A program made the position numbers and the translations under genes. A DNA stretch of 64,000 nt, from contig JBHGNT010000016.1 in assembly GCA_043228905.1 (NCBI GenBank), positions 12,648,001 through 12,712,000 of the forward strand. The letters are read 5' to 3'. How positions within the stretch are numbered: position 1 is the stretch's first letter; every line of letters starts with the position of its first letter. Shown here one piece after another: positions 24,901-36,691 of this stretch. The DNA is from Azolla caroliniana. Lineage: Eukaryota; Plantae; Polypodiophyta. The notes under the pieces are model-generated. The model was not told the DNA's origin and did not search any database. It was given only the letters and a program-made list of their open reading frames with translations.

Positions 24901-26920
24901 CGAGGAAGCAAGGGTCGAAGCTGATGTGTGGGGAAAAGAGGCCAAGCAAAGCACAACAAAAAAAGATGAGGGCCAAGTGGGCCAAGAAGATTTGAAGGGT
25001 ATTCCTCAAGATATTGATGTAACATTCAACTTGAAGGCAGACACTATCATTAAGATCGAGGAATCGATGGAGAACTCTAACATAAGAAGAAACCACAACG
25101 ATGGACAAAGTGGGAAGCATGAAAAATGGTCGCGTAAGGATCTCGACGTGGGCATACACTTGACGATACTACACGGGGTACTCAAAATGGAGGAATCAAA
25201 CTAATCATCGTAGCCAAAATCCCTCACTCTCTCTTCTTGGCACGTACCGGAGGACATGCGGTTTGGTGGGGGTGGATGTCGTGAAGATTTTTGGCAACGG
25301 TATGAAATTTGTGTGCAACGAACGAAATTGAGAAGGTGCAATGTGCACATGTGAAAGGGGTGAAGGCCACACGCATATGCTAGCATGTTGTAAATAGGAT
25401 TGAAATGAGAATTGTAAAAGAAAAGCTAGATGTAAAGTTAAACATGTGCACGTGTGATGTGCACTCAATTGTAAATATAAAAATAAGACTAAAGCCTAGT
25501 AACATCTAAGTGCATACATAGGGGTGGAAGTAAGGCTTGAACGTTGCACCTCCAAGATAGGAGACAAATTATATTACCACTAAAGCCACTACTGAGTGCT
25601 TTAGAATTTGTGTATTTTCTTTTTCAGATTCAGTATTTTGTAGGAAGCAAACATATAGAAACCGTGGGCACAAAACCATGGTTTTAGCCCGTGGTTTTAA
25701 CCCATGGTTTCAGCCCGTGGGTTTAGCCCATGGTTTTTGGATGGAGAGACTTATAAAAGCCTATAGTTGGGCTTGTGTGGGGGCAAGTGATGTAAGTAAA
25801 AAAAGAAACTTTTAATCAAAGATTTGAGTTATCCTAATGGTGATGTATCTTGTCTCGTAAAACTAAAATCAAGGGTTCAATCTCTATCTCAATGCCTCTC
25901 TCTTCATCCATCTATTTATCTTCAATACTTTCTCGCTTACGTTGCTAAAAACATCGAATCCTTCCGGTCCAGGACCCCGGTGATCCCACTTCATTTCATG
26001 AACACGCGAGGATTTCCTCGACAACGTGCAACACGTTCATAAGTTTCCATTTCTACCCGACGTGGCTGAGAGGAACTACTCTGACATGTTCGATGGTATG
26101 CCGAGTGTCGTCTCCCGTTTCGAACACTCCTTGCTTTTTCGGTTTCTCCAAATACGAGAGCCATTCCTCATGACTCGTCATATTGTGAAATGCACATAAG
26201 AAATCAAAACCAGTCTACTTAGCTTCTTACTTCTTAATCAATTTATAGTTGATACAACGGAACCCATTTGGGTTGGCTTGGCTAAAAAGTGTGTGCTAAA
26301 AGGGTGGGTCGTTTTGGGCACACACATCCTAAAAAGGGTGTGCTAAAAGGGTGGGTCAACTTGGGTACGTGCATCCTAAAAAGGGTGAGCTAAAAGGGTG
26401 GCACAAAGGAACACATGCACACCACATTCCCCCCTTGCGAGAAACAAGAGATTGAGGGGCATGAACAAGAACAAGAACAGGACAAGTACCTAAACAAGAA
26501 CAAGAACAAGAACAGTGGCTTGTCCAAGGAGGGGGAGCATCTGATGGCAGGTTTCAAATGGAAATCCATGGATGATTCTAGTGTGAGGCGAGGGTTACGC
26601 CATAGAGTGCTCAAAAAGGGTTGATTTATGCAGCCATCTCGTGTTTGAGGGTCTTGTTGAGGCGTTTAGTGAAGATGGCGTGGGGATGTAAACATCTACA
26701 AACACGTAGTTGAGTTGCAATGACGTTGAGGACATCCCCGTGGAATTGTTGGCCTTGATAGTTGGATAGGGCTAGTGACGGAAAACGAGCTATCAATCAG
26801 CGAATCGAGATCAATCACTCCTATGGACTGAGGGCCACCTGGACTTTGTTGAGGTGGGGGACAGGAGGGCTATCATGTCAGAGGGGGATCGAGGAAAGAT
26901 CATATGGTGGTGAAGATCAT

Positions 26921-27420
26921 GTGCGGAATAATAAAGGTTTTTCAGCTTTGCACAGCCATGAAGTATTATATGTGCATGTATTTTAGATGTGGAAACCTGG
27001 AAGAAACATTTACTGTCTTGGAGCATAATCGAGATGTGGTGTCTTACAACGCAATGATTTCTGGGTATGTGTGGAATAATAAAGGTTTTTCAACTTTGCA
27101 CAGCCATGAAGTATGATATGTGCATGTATTTTAGATGTGGACACCTAGAAGAAACATTTACTGGCTTGCAACATAATCGAGATGTGGTGTCTTACAACGC
27201 AATGATTTCTGGGTATGTGCGGAATAGTGAAGGTTTTTCAGCTTTGAAACATTTGAGCAACAAATGTGTGTAGTTGGTTGACCTTATTGATAGCATGTAC
27301 ATGCTTTGGCAATATAGATAGGGAGAAATTGTGCTCGAATGAAGCTATGAAATTGGATCCTGATACAATAGTAGGATATGCACTGATGTCAAGCATGTAT
27401 GTTGAAAGTCGCATATTGGA
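26921..27420 (+). pseudogene. PLS-class PPR gene fragment, tandemly duplicated (148-bp unit)
   Basis: MYFRCG(N/H)LEETF..RDVVSYNAMISGYV occurs twice (units start 26921, 27069, 27217), followed by LLIACT.FG..KLDPDTIVGYALMSSMY, which resembles an E domain. Confidence 0.75.
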
Positions 27421-28049
27421 GGCTATATATTTCCCAATTCATCTCTCATTTTTGTAAAATAAGTGGGTTGTATTTTGTAGCAGATATGCTTTTTAAAACT
27501 AATGGAAGGATATCTTGTTTAAGAAAAACTAAGAAGGAAAATTCTCTATTCAATAGCTAATTAGCAATTGATAACTAGAAGCTAGTTACCCTATCAACAT
27601 TTAGTTACATGTAATTAGTTACCAATAGCTAATAAGAAAATATGCCAATGCCTATTAGTTGCATTAGCTAGTAGTCATAATTAATTAGCTACTAATAACT
27701 AATAAGGAAAATACTATGTTCATTATGTATAAGCTACATGTGTTAGTAGCTAGATCTAACAAGCTAGTTAGTAGTAACTTTAACTAATACACTACATAAA
27801 CTTTTATTCACAACTAATCTGCTACATCAGTTAATAGTTATGACTAAATAACTATTAATAACTACTAATTACACTCCATTAGCTTTGTTCACATCCAACT
27901 AGATACATTAGCTACCAATAAGTAGCGAGATATTTACTATTCATACCATTTTAGACACAACTAATTAGCTAAGGTTCAAATTAAACAATCATCTATTGGG
28001 CCCCCCACAATAACCTTTTTTATTTATGTAGGTTGATTTCTTTATTAAC

Positions 28050-29780
28050 AAATGCATCTAACAAGTTTATTAAACCACTTTTTTTGAAGTGCTTGAAGAA
28101 TTGATTCACATGTTGCATTGACCACGTACAAATGGATTTTCTCAAGGATTTAGTTAATCTACTCCATCACCATAGCTCCTCATTTTAGGATGTGGTATGC
28201 ACTTGTGAATGTCTAATTTGTCAATCTAACCAAACCAAATAATGTAAGGCCTCAAAGCATATTTACACATCAATGACTAGTCTTTTCGATTCAATATTGT
28301 GTCCTCAAGGATTTGAGGCTATCTTCCACCATTACAAGTGTGTCATGGGTATATGTTTAGATTGTGGTCTTGCTAGATTTATGTGGCGTCTAAAAGAGTT
28401 TAGTGAAATTTTAATCCATGTTAAGTTGTTTGAAAATGTTGAGACAACTTACGAAGGCAAGGTTGTAAATGAAAGGATATAGTCAAAAAGTTTCTCAAAC
28501 CAAGAGATTTGTCCTCTCTTTTTAGTGTCTCTAAAAAAGATCATTAAGCACAACATCATTTACTTATGGCAAGCCAATCAGTATAAGAGTTGCATATATG
28601 ATTTTCCAAACATGTAGTTGTGTCAATGTTAGGTTTTGCAGAGAATTATGCTTTCAAGGAGCAAAATGAAATTCCATCCATTCATTGGTGGAAATGGTTG
28701 TTAGATTAACATTTGGAGCTTACACAACATTGGGTTTGGTCTTATGGAACTACATCACAATTTAAGGCTGAATGACCATTCTATTTTGTTGGGAAGTATC
28801 CCTATGACACAAGTACAGTGATGACATGGAGCTTTTTTGGGTCTAGCCATTGAAAAGGTGAACATGATGGAGCGGATATAGTTATAAAGCATGCACCTAC
28901 TCATGAACAACTAAAGGTCGATGGTGTGCATATGAATTGTGCCACTCATGTAGTGAAATATCTAAGAAAAAATATGTCATTTAGTCCAATTGGTGTTAAC
29001 TCATCACATGTTTGGGATATGAAACACTTATTTTGGGAAGGGAGGCTAGATGAAGTAAATATAAAGAAGACATGGGAATGCCAAGGAATCTTTGAACAAC
29101 GATCTCTCTAGTCTTTTCGTGGTTATTCTATGAACAATCGTCGTTGTAATGTAGTTAGAGAATTTAGATGTTTTTGCTACCATTGCGTACAAGGAAGTTA
29201 GCAGCAATGTCCAAACAAAGCATAATTTCATAATTGGGTGTACTATACATTGGTGGACTAGGGAGCAATTTTATTTTATTTTACCAAAAAACCACTACTT
29301 CGCATTAGTTAGCAAATAGAATACAACAAAGTTTATCCAAATCCACAATGGGATCAACATATACAACTTGGAGAAACAATAGAAGATCACATTTTAGGGT
29401 TTTGAGGACACTCTTAGTGATGTCGTATATGTGGGTGGTGATAATTTTGTTGTAAACGTTGAAGATAGAAAATGCGAGAATATTGATTTTTACTTATTAA
29501 AATGTACATTTTCTAAACAATGTGGAACTCACAATATTGCAGATATGTACTTGGGGAAATATTGTATTTGTTAGATTCGCGTTCTACATTGAAGGTATTT
29601 TTTATGAAAGAGTGGATAAATATGATATATTTACAAGCTTTTAGAAAATAAAACAATAACATACATGTACTCTCATTTGGTGAGGTGCATCAAAATACCA
29701 ATGTCACAATTTAAAAGCTACACAAATTTATACACAATCAGGGCTAATGTGTACGAGTGTATTTACATTATTATGTCATG
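28050..29780 (+). mobile_element. Decayed DDE/DDD-type DNA transposase (superfamily unresolved)
   Basis: Cys-rich N-region, then (D)FAENYAFKEQNEIPSIHWW, WVWS(D)GTTSQFK and WSFFGSSH*KGEHDGA at 28630-28880, with stops. About 90-bp degenerate repeats follow at 29930-30330. Confidence 0.65.
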
Positions 29781-32359
29781 AAATTTGTATCATCCCCTAG
29801 ACCATATTTTATTGTAATATGCAAAAATCAATTGTGTGTTGAATACTCTTCTTTTATAATTTAAATATGCCTTAAATTGAGTTTGTTTGGTATTCACTGT
29901 TGTCTTGTCTAGCATCTTGAACATATATCTAAACCCTCTAGTATTTTGCATTCTGATTTTAATTTAGAAATTTTTCTAGTCTAATTTCTACAAATTAATC
30001 TTGTTTGGTATTTTTCCTACTTGTCATTATCACTTTGGTAAAATACAACTTCTGATTTAGAGAGTTTGCATGTCTAATTTTCACAAAATGATCGCATCTA
30101 GTATTTTGCCTACTCTAGATAAACACTTTGGTAAATCACAACTTTTTCTTATTTAAAAAGTTTGATAGTCTGGTTTCCATAGAATAATGTTGTTTGGTAT
30201 TTTCCCTACTTGTCATAATCACTTTGATAAGATACAACCTATTTTGGTTAAGAAAGTTTCCATGTCTAATTTCCACAAAATAATCATGTTTGGTATGTTT
30301 CCTATTTTACCATAACACTCTAGTAAAATACAAATATAAGCCTTGTTTTCTATAGAATCAATTTAAAAATAATATACAAATCAATTAACATAATCATGAC
30401 ATTATTTCAACAATCCAACTCTTGAAATAAGATTGATAAAAAAAGTTTCTCAATTGTTCATTAATTACAAGGTGTTGCCAGATCACCTCCTTTTTTGGGA
30501 GAGTTAATGCTATTTCGAAACTGTGGTCTTATACTCACTGTGCCAAGCCTAGAAACGGGAAAATTCATAACCTAACCGATGGGATTCTATCCCGACGGTG
30601 AGGCAATACCCAACCCATGAGCTTACTTCCTCAAGTCGGAATAGGCTGAGAGTATAAATTCTATCTTGAGGGACAAATAATGGGGTGGGCTCCCTTGCTC
30701 CCGTTGTTGCAGCCTCCCCGATAGGGTTGGGGAGGCCCACATGATGGGCCATTAGCTCAGTTGGTAGAGTGGAATACATTCAAGACTATGTTTCTTGTTT
30801 AAAATTGTGATAAATGGTCAAGCTCTTCAAATTGAGTGAAACCTCCCTACATATGTTGTTTGCATACTCAATTCGGTATGGAGTACATAACCATGTTTGA
30901 CAACATCTGTGAATGTTTAGGTATTGATGAAAATGTTGTGTATCCACCATTAATGTAGTATCAATATTATACTTTGGCCACTTTGCCAAAAATTCTTCTA
31001 GGCTTTTGAACCTTACATAATTTTTCTTTTCACAATTTTCCCTTGACCAAAGACACTTCAATTTTAATGCCCATTTTGATAAAACTCTAAGTACACACCT
31101 CCAAATATCATATGTATGTGGTTCATCACTCTGAAGAAAAATATCAAACCATTGCAAAACTCATAAAAAACAGATCTATGTCCTCCCTTGACTTTATCGC
31201 TTGCATATTCACAAGAAGTTTATCAAGCTTCGATATCAAAGGTCTTCTTTCTTCTTTCCTTGGTTTCAACTTCCATTCCTAAAACTCTTGTTAAGTTACA
31301 CCAATGATTAGTAGCACATTATCTATTTTAATCAACTCAGGTTCACATGGGAACCCTGGTGCCCTCTTCCTCTTAAGACCCTTGATTTGCTCAGGTTTCT
31401 TTGGGTTCGGATTCAACCTCGCTCCTACACACTTGGGAAAGGCATGTTATTTGTTTGTATGCCTTGCTTCTAAGTTACAACATCTATCTTACACCAAAGA
31501 CTCTCTATCTCCATGCTTGTTGCAACTTCTCAAGCAAATATGAGACCAATGATATGAGTTGCCACCTCTACCTGCAAAATTAGACTAGTTATGTCAAATG
31601 TTTAATCTACTGGATTGAGCTTGGTTGAAGATGAGCGGAAAGCATGGTTGGATATGATCAAAGGCAGAGAATTTTATCGAAGTGTAATACTCAGACTCTC
31701 GAACTTGTTTAGCACAAAGTGTGCATAGTCAACCACTCTCATCAGTTGTGCCCCCACGCCCCATCTCACATCGCAATGCATATGAGCTAAGTCGCATGGA
31801 AGCAATGATTCAAATGGAAGCCAACGGAATGGGATCTAACATTGTGTGCATGGTTTCCCTGTTCTGCGAAGAATATGGTTTTGTAGTTAGGTGCAACATG
31901 TGTAGTATAATGTATGAAGCGTGAGCCTCCACCATTTTTCCATGTCATGTTGCAAAAAGGCCTCATTTACGGAGGAATCTAGTGATGCATCATGATGCAA
32001 ATGTGTTGCACCCCATCTACCAACCCACTTTTTCATATCTTGCATCCAACCATAACACAAAAAATTTGCACAACACTCACAAAGCTTTATTCTTTCCAAC
32101 AAGGCTCATGTCCAGCCTCGGTCTACGCCCAATAGAATGTGGTGGTATGCATGCAAGCTAGGAAACATCTAGAGAGTGCATGGAAACTTCTACAGAGTGC
32201 ATGAAGATGCATTCTCTAGAAGTTTCTTGAGAGTTCTAGTGATTAACATAGAATGTAATAAGTTGAAACTTATACAAAACAATAATGCATAGATGGATGT
32301 AGGTTGCCCAATAAGACCAGGAGGTCATGGGTTCAACCCCCTACATTCCATCACGTCTA

Positions 32360-32963
32360 TGACAAACCTCCTCCATCGCCACCCGTGGAATTATCGACAG
32401 GTGAGGAGTACGAGGTTGACCGTATCCTCGACTCCCGCTTGTGTTGACGAAGACTTCAATACTTGGTCTTATGGAAAGGTTACCCTCTTTCAAACGCCAC
32501 ATGGGAACCAATTACACATTTACTGGCCGCGGGTGTTAGGAGGCAGCCTTAGAAGAGGGAGGATAATGTCATAGACATATGCCACAGAGGAAGGTAGGGA
32601 TTGAACCTAAGACCTCATGGTCTCTATTGGGGAACCCTACCAATTGAGTTACATATGCATCCTTGTACCAAATCCAACTTCACGTAATGTAGATTGAACA
32701 TTAGAAGTTCCTAGCTTGCATGCATCCTCATTTCTAGCTTGCACACATTCTCATGCATTCTCTATTGCATGCATCCTCATGTATACTATATTTCTAGTTG
32801 GCTTACATAGCCCTACCTTCTTGTATAAATACTCAAGTGCACCTTGATTCTAATCAAGGTGAACAACACCAGTTACGGATTCTATAAGTTGAGTTCTTGT
32901 TCTTTCCCTCTCTCTTGTTTCTAGTCTTATCTTCACTCTGCTCTATTATACTTGTCTGTGACA
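32360..32963 (+). mobile_element. Chromovirus (Ty3/gypsy) 3' remnant: chromodomain, PPT and LTR
   Basis: EYEVDRILDSR..LQYLVLWKGYPLSNATWEP, then purine tract AGAAGAGGGAGGATAA, then LTR 32567-32963 with TGTCATAGACA...TGTCTGTGACA termini. Confidence 0.85.
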
Positions 32964-35900
32964 TTAGGAATATTGAATTCACTGTTTTAGGTCAAAGCTA
33001 CATCAAATCAAATTGAAACCATGTTACAAATAGTCAAAAACAATGATTTCATCAACAAAAATCAAAGGATGTCATCATAATCCCCATTATAGTGATGGGA
33101 GAAGTCGATCAATGTGAGAAATAGAGGATATGGCTTCCAAGAGATTATAGTTCATAACTTTCACACATATGAATGACTTATAACTTGTTGGATGCGTGCC
33201 CCGAGTTGGGCGAAAAGAGCCCCTCATCTACAATGTCATGAGGAACATCTCCTTCCAGGCATATATCAATTTGCCATTCTCCACCAATTTGCCATTATCA
33301 TGTAAATTCAAAAACGTTTGTGTTCTGCCAACTCTTCAACAAAATGCATACATAGAGGGTCAAGGACAATAACATGTTGGACCTAATGATATTTCATACT
33401 TGTTATTTTTTGTGATCATCGACACCACAATGGTGATGCAAATTGTGATAGTGGCCCTAGCATGTGATGTTCAATGGAACGGCCAAGCTCTGTGTGACCA
33501 CTTTCGTCGGGGGCTATGAAGTGAAATTAAGAATCTTTTGCTACACTTTCCAAAGCTTTATCTCAAGCAATTTTGTAAGCAGTTTGCTAGTTTGCTGTGA
33601 CAATTGACTTTTTGAACTTCTCCCAAAAGAGCACACGACACAAGGTTCTCGATCTTTCCCATGATATGTAACACTAATGTCAGCCCCACATGCCTTGTCA
33701 AGTTCACCGTCTTCTGAGGTAACCGATACCCACAACCAATGGAGATGATTTGAGCTCAATTCAAGCTTCTTATTAATGCACAACATTGATTTCCACAAGA
33801 AAATGGTATATGCCTCTATTGTAGAGACCTCAACCATCTTATTTACCAGTGCCCAATGGAGGGTCCCCTACGACAAACCTACCTAGCAAACATAATTCAG
33901 AGCTCCCACCAATAGGAAAATGATAATGTCCGGTTAAAGTAGGAGCCATGCAACTAGACGACTTTTGGTATCCACATCTATCCCTTGGAAGTACTATTTT
34001 GGGCCAAAAAGACATGGCAACTTTTTATGTTATTAATATTAAAAACTACACTTGTGAGGATGCCAAGTGTGCGACTAAATGCAATTGTGATTGACAAATC
34101 TTGGATGATTATAGTGTTATATGTAATGTTATTACTTAATACCATCAAATTTGGGTTAATGTGGCTTGAGAAAAGAAATAAACCAAGTGCTTTATTTTAT
34201 TGTGTTGGTTTCACATTAAGAAAGCTTGGCTTACTAATGCATTTACAAATATTTGAAACTCCAAGTTTTTTATTTTAGAAATTGTGAAAATTTGAGTCAC
34301 TGATTATGTGTGATGGGTTGGAATTTTTATATCTGAAACTCTGACTTTTTTGTCTTTGAATATGTATGATCTTTGAAGTTTCTCTGGTCTCTCAATATTT
34401 GTAATTTTTGAATATTTTAATTTATGAATATATGTGATTTTTAAAGGTTTGGTCTTTGAATACATATGTGTGATCTTTAAACATTTTGGTCTATAAATAT
34501 GTGTGATCAATGAAATTTTTGGTCTCTGAACATGTGTGATTTTTGAAGTATGAATATTTGAAATTTTGGTCTTTTAAAAAATCGGGCTAGGTTAGATGTA
34601 GGTAGTGTGATTAAATGCAATTAATCATATTAGAATTGGGTCGAGTTAGAAATATATCGATTAGGTTAGAAATGTATCAATCAGGGCAGGGACAGAACTG
34701 GGATAGAAGTAAGTTTTCGATTCACACACTTTTACTTGATAATGATCTAAGGGCCCAGGGGGTATATTTTGCACAAATGTCGAACCCATCCTTGCACTCT
34801 TCTTTGCTATTGTCATGAAGTTACGCGTGTGCATGTGAACGTGAGTGGACCACCAAGGACTTGAACTAGAGAGGATGGGTCATGGGCTTCCTGCATCGAA
34901 ACCATGGATTTGTGAATGTGGGGTTTGTTTAGTAGGTTTTGACTATGTAATTGTAAGTAAAATTTACTTATCAAAAATTGAACACTCAATACTAGTTACC
35001 CTAATGGTTCATGCCTTGAAAGTGCAAGGTTTGAATTTTGCCATCCACGAATACATCTTTGTGGCACGTTAGGCCTACATAGTCATATTGTTGTTCCTAT
35101 CTGGACATTGGAGGAGGAGAACATTGGAGGTGGAGAACGTTCTAACAAGGAGAAGACTCTAATCCTCTCCTCTCGCTTGCAGTTCTCGCCTGGTGGATAG
35201 AATCATGATTTGAAGATTTTGGCATGAATCTCACAACAAATTCTTTTAGTTGGGGTGTGAATTTCTGGATGTAGTAATTTGAGGGCTTGTCTTCTTGCCA
35301 AATTTGCTCCAAATGCACATAAGTTTGCGTTCCTCACATCACGACACCGTGATTCTCTCACCTCCCTTATTTAATATTTGGTTGCAAATAGACAAAGAGC
35401 CATTGTTATGTACTCGCAACATAGGTCATTAATATTTACAAATTAAAAGTAAATGGTGTGTTCACTAATGTTAGAAATGCACTATCACAATAAGTCTTTT
35501 AGAAAAGCACCTCTAATCAAGGGGCTCAGGAAGAATTATACATATGAAGCCCATATACTTTCATAAAACATATTACATCACAACGTTGACGTCTTGAGGC
35601 CCTAGTGGTGCGGGCTAAGGCTTTTGTCGCGATGGTCATGTTACCTCTTCTGGGGTGCGAATCATCCTAATATACATACGTCATTATGGGACCTCAGTGG
35701 TAGGTTGTCGATGTCGTAATCGTAGCTTGGGGGTGGTCGGGGAGATTGAGTTCTTCTATCCAATCTATTCACCTTTCTTTTACTTTAATTTGCTTTATTG
35801 ATGAGTACGAGATTGTTAACATTCATGCCGATTTTGGGGCCACATCGCAACCTCGTCCAGTATGGAGTTAGAGATGTTTGCTCATGGATTCACAACACTA

Positions 35901-36513
35901 ATTGTCGTGTGAAATTGCTGCCTCGGGCTGGCACTTTGAGACGTTTTCTCACCAATCGAGTAGTATATACATATATAAGGTCCTAGAGACATGAAAACCC
36001 CACACACTCATGATCTTCTTCCGGAAACTTCTTTTGCCGGCCCCCGGCAAACCAAGTCATCATCCTTGGCATCTACCTTGTCGTTGGGGCGACCAGCTGA
36101 AGAAGCTTCCGGAAGAAGATCCGACACGGCTGAAGAAGTTTCCGGAAGAAGATCGCCCGGTCCAGGCCGGCCGGCAAATCAAGTCTCTCCTTTCCTTCTT
36201 GCATCTGATCTCCACGTGGCTATGGCTATGGCTATGGCTATGGCTATTGAGAGCAGCAGCAGCAGGAAGAGAAAGAGACATGGTACACAGGAGTACCTCA
36301 ACACTCCTCCAAACCCTAAAAACAAGGAGACAGAGACAGAGTCTGTGGATCTCATAGCCCCTTTTCTTCTTCTTCTTCTTCTTCTTCTTCTTCTTCTTCA
36401 TCCGTAAGACAAGAGGAATCCGATCGCCTTCGCAGGAAAAAGGAGAAAGAGAAGAAAAGGGAACTGATAAGAAAGGAAGAAAGAAAGGTAGTAGAGTAGA
36501 AAGCTTAGCTTTC

Positions 36514-36652
36514 ATGGAGGATGACTGCAACAACAGCAACAGCAGCGGTAGTAGTAGTGAAGTGTGGGCCTCCCTCCTCCTGTCTGCCACTAAGAGACGA
36601 ATCTTCACCGCCTCCCATCACCACCACCGTCATCACCATAGCCTTGGTTCTT

Positions 36653-36691
<39 letters not shown>

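Noticed and set aside
25520-25600. tRNA-like boxes (also near 35600-35670)
   Set aside because: Too degenerate to fold as tRNA; at most SINE relics.
33000-34600. Possible further transposon coding remnant and 31-bp degenerate repeats
   Set aside because: No motif could be recognised with confidence in any frame.
35991-36407. 138-aa ORF upstream of Di19
   Set aside because: Mostly microsatellite-derived (GCTATG, CTT) with no recognisable domain; a uORF role cannot be supported from sequence alone.
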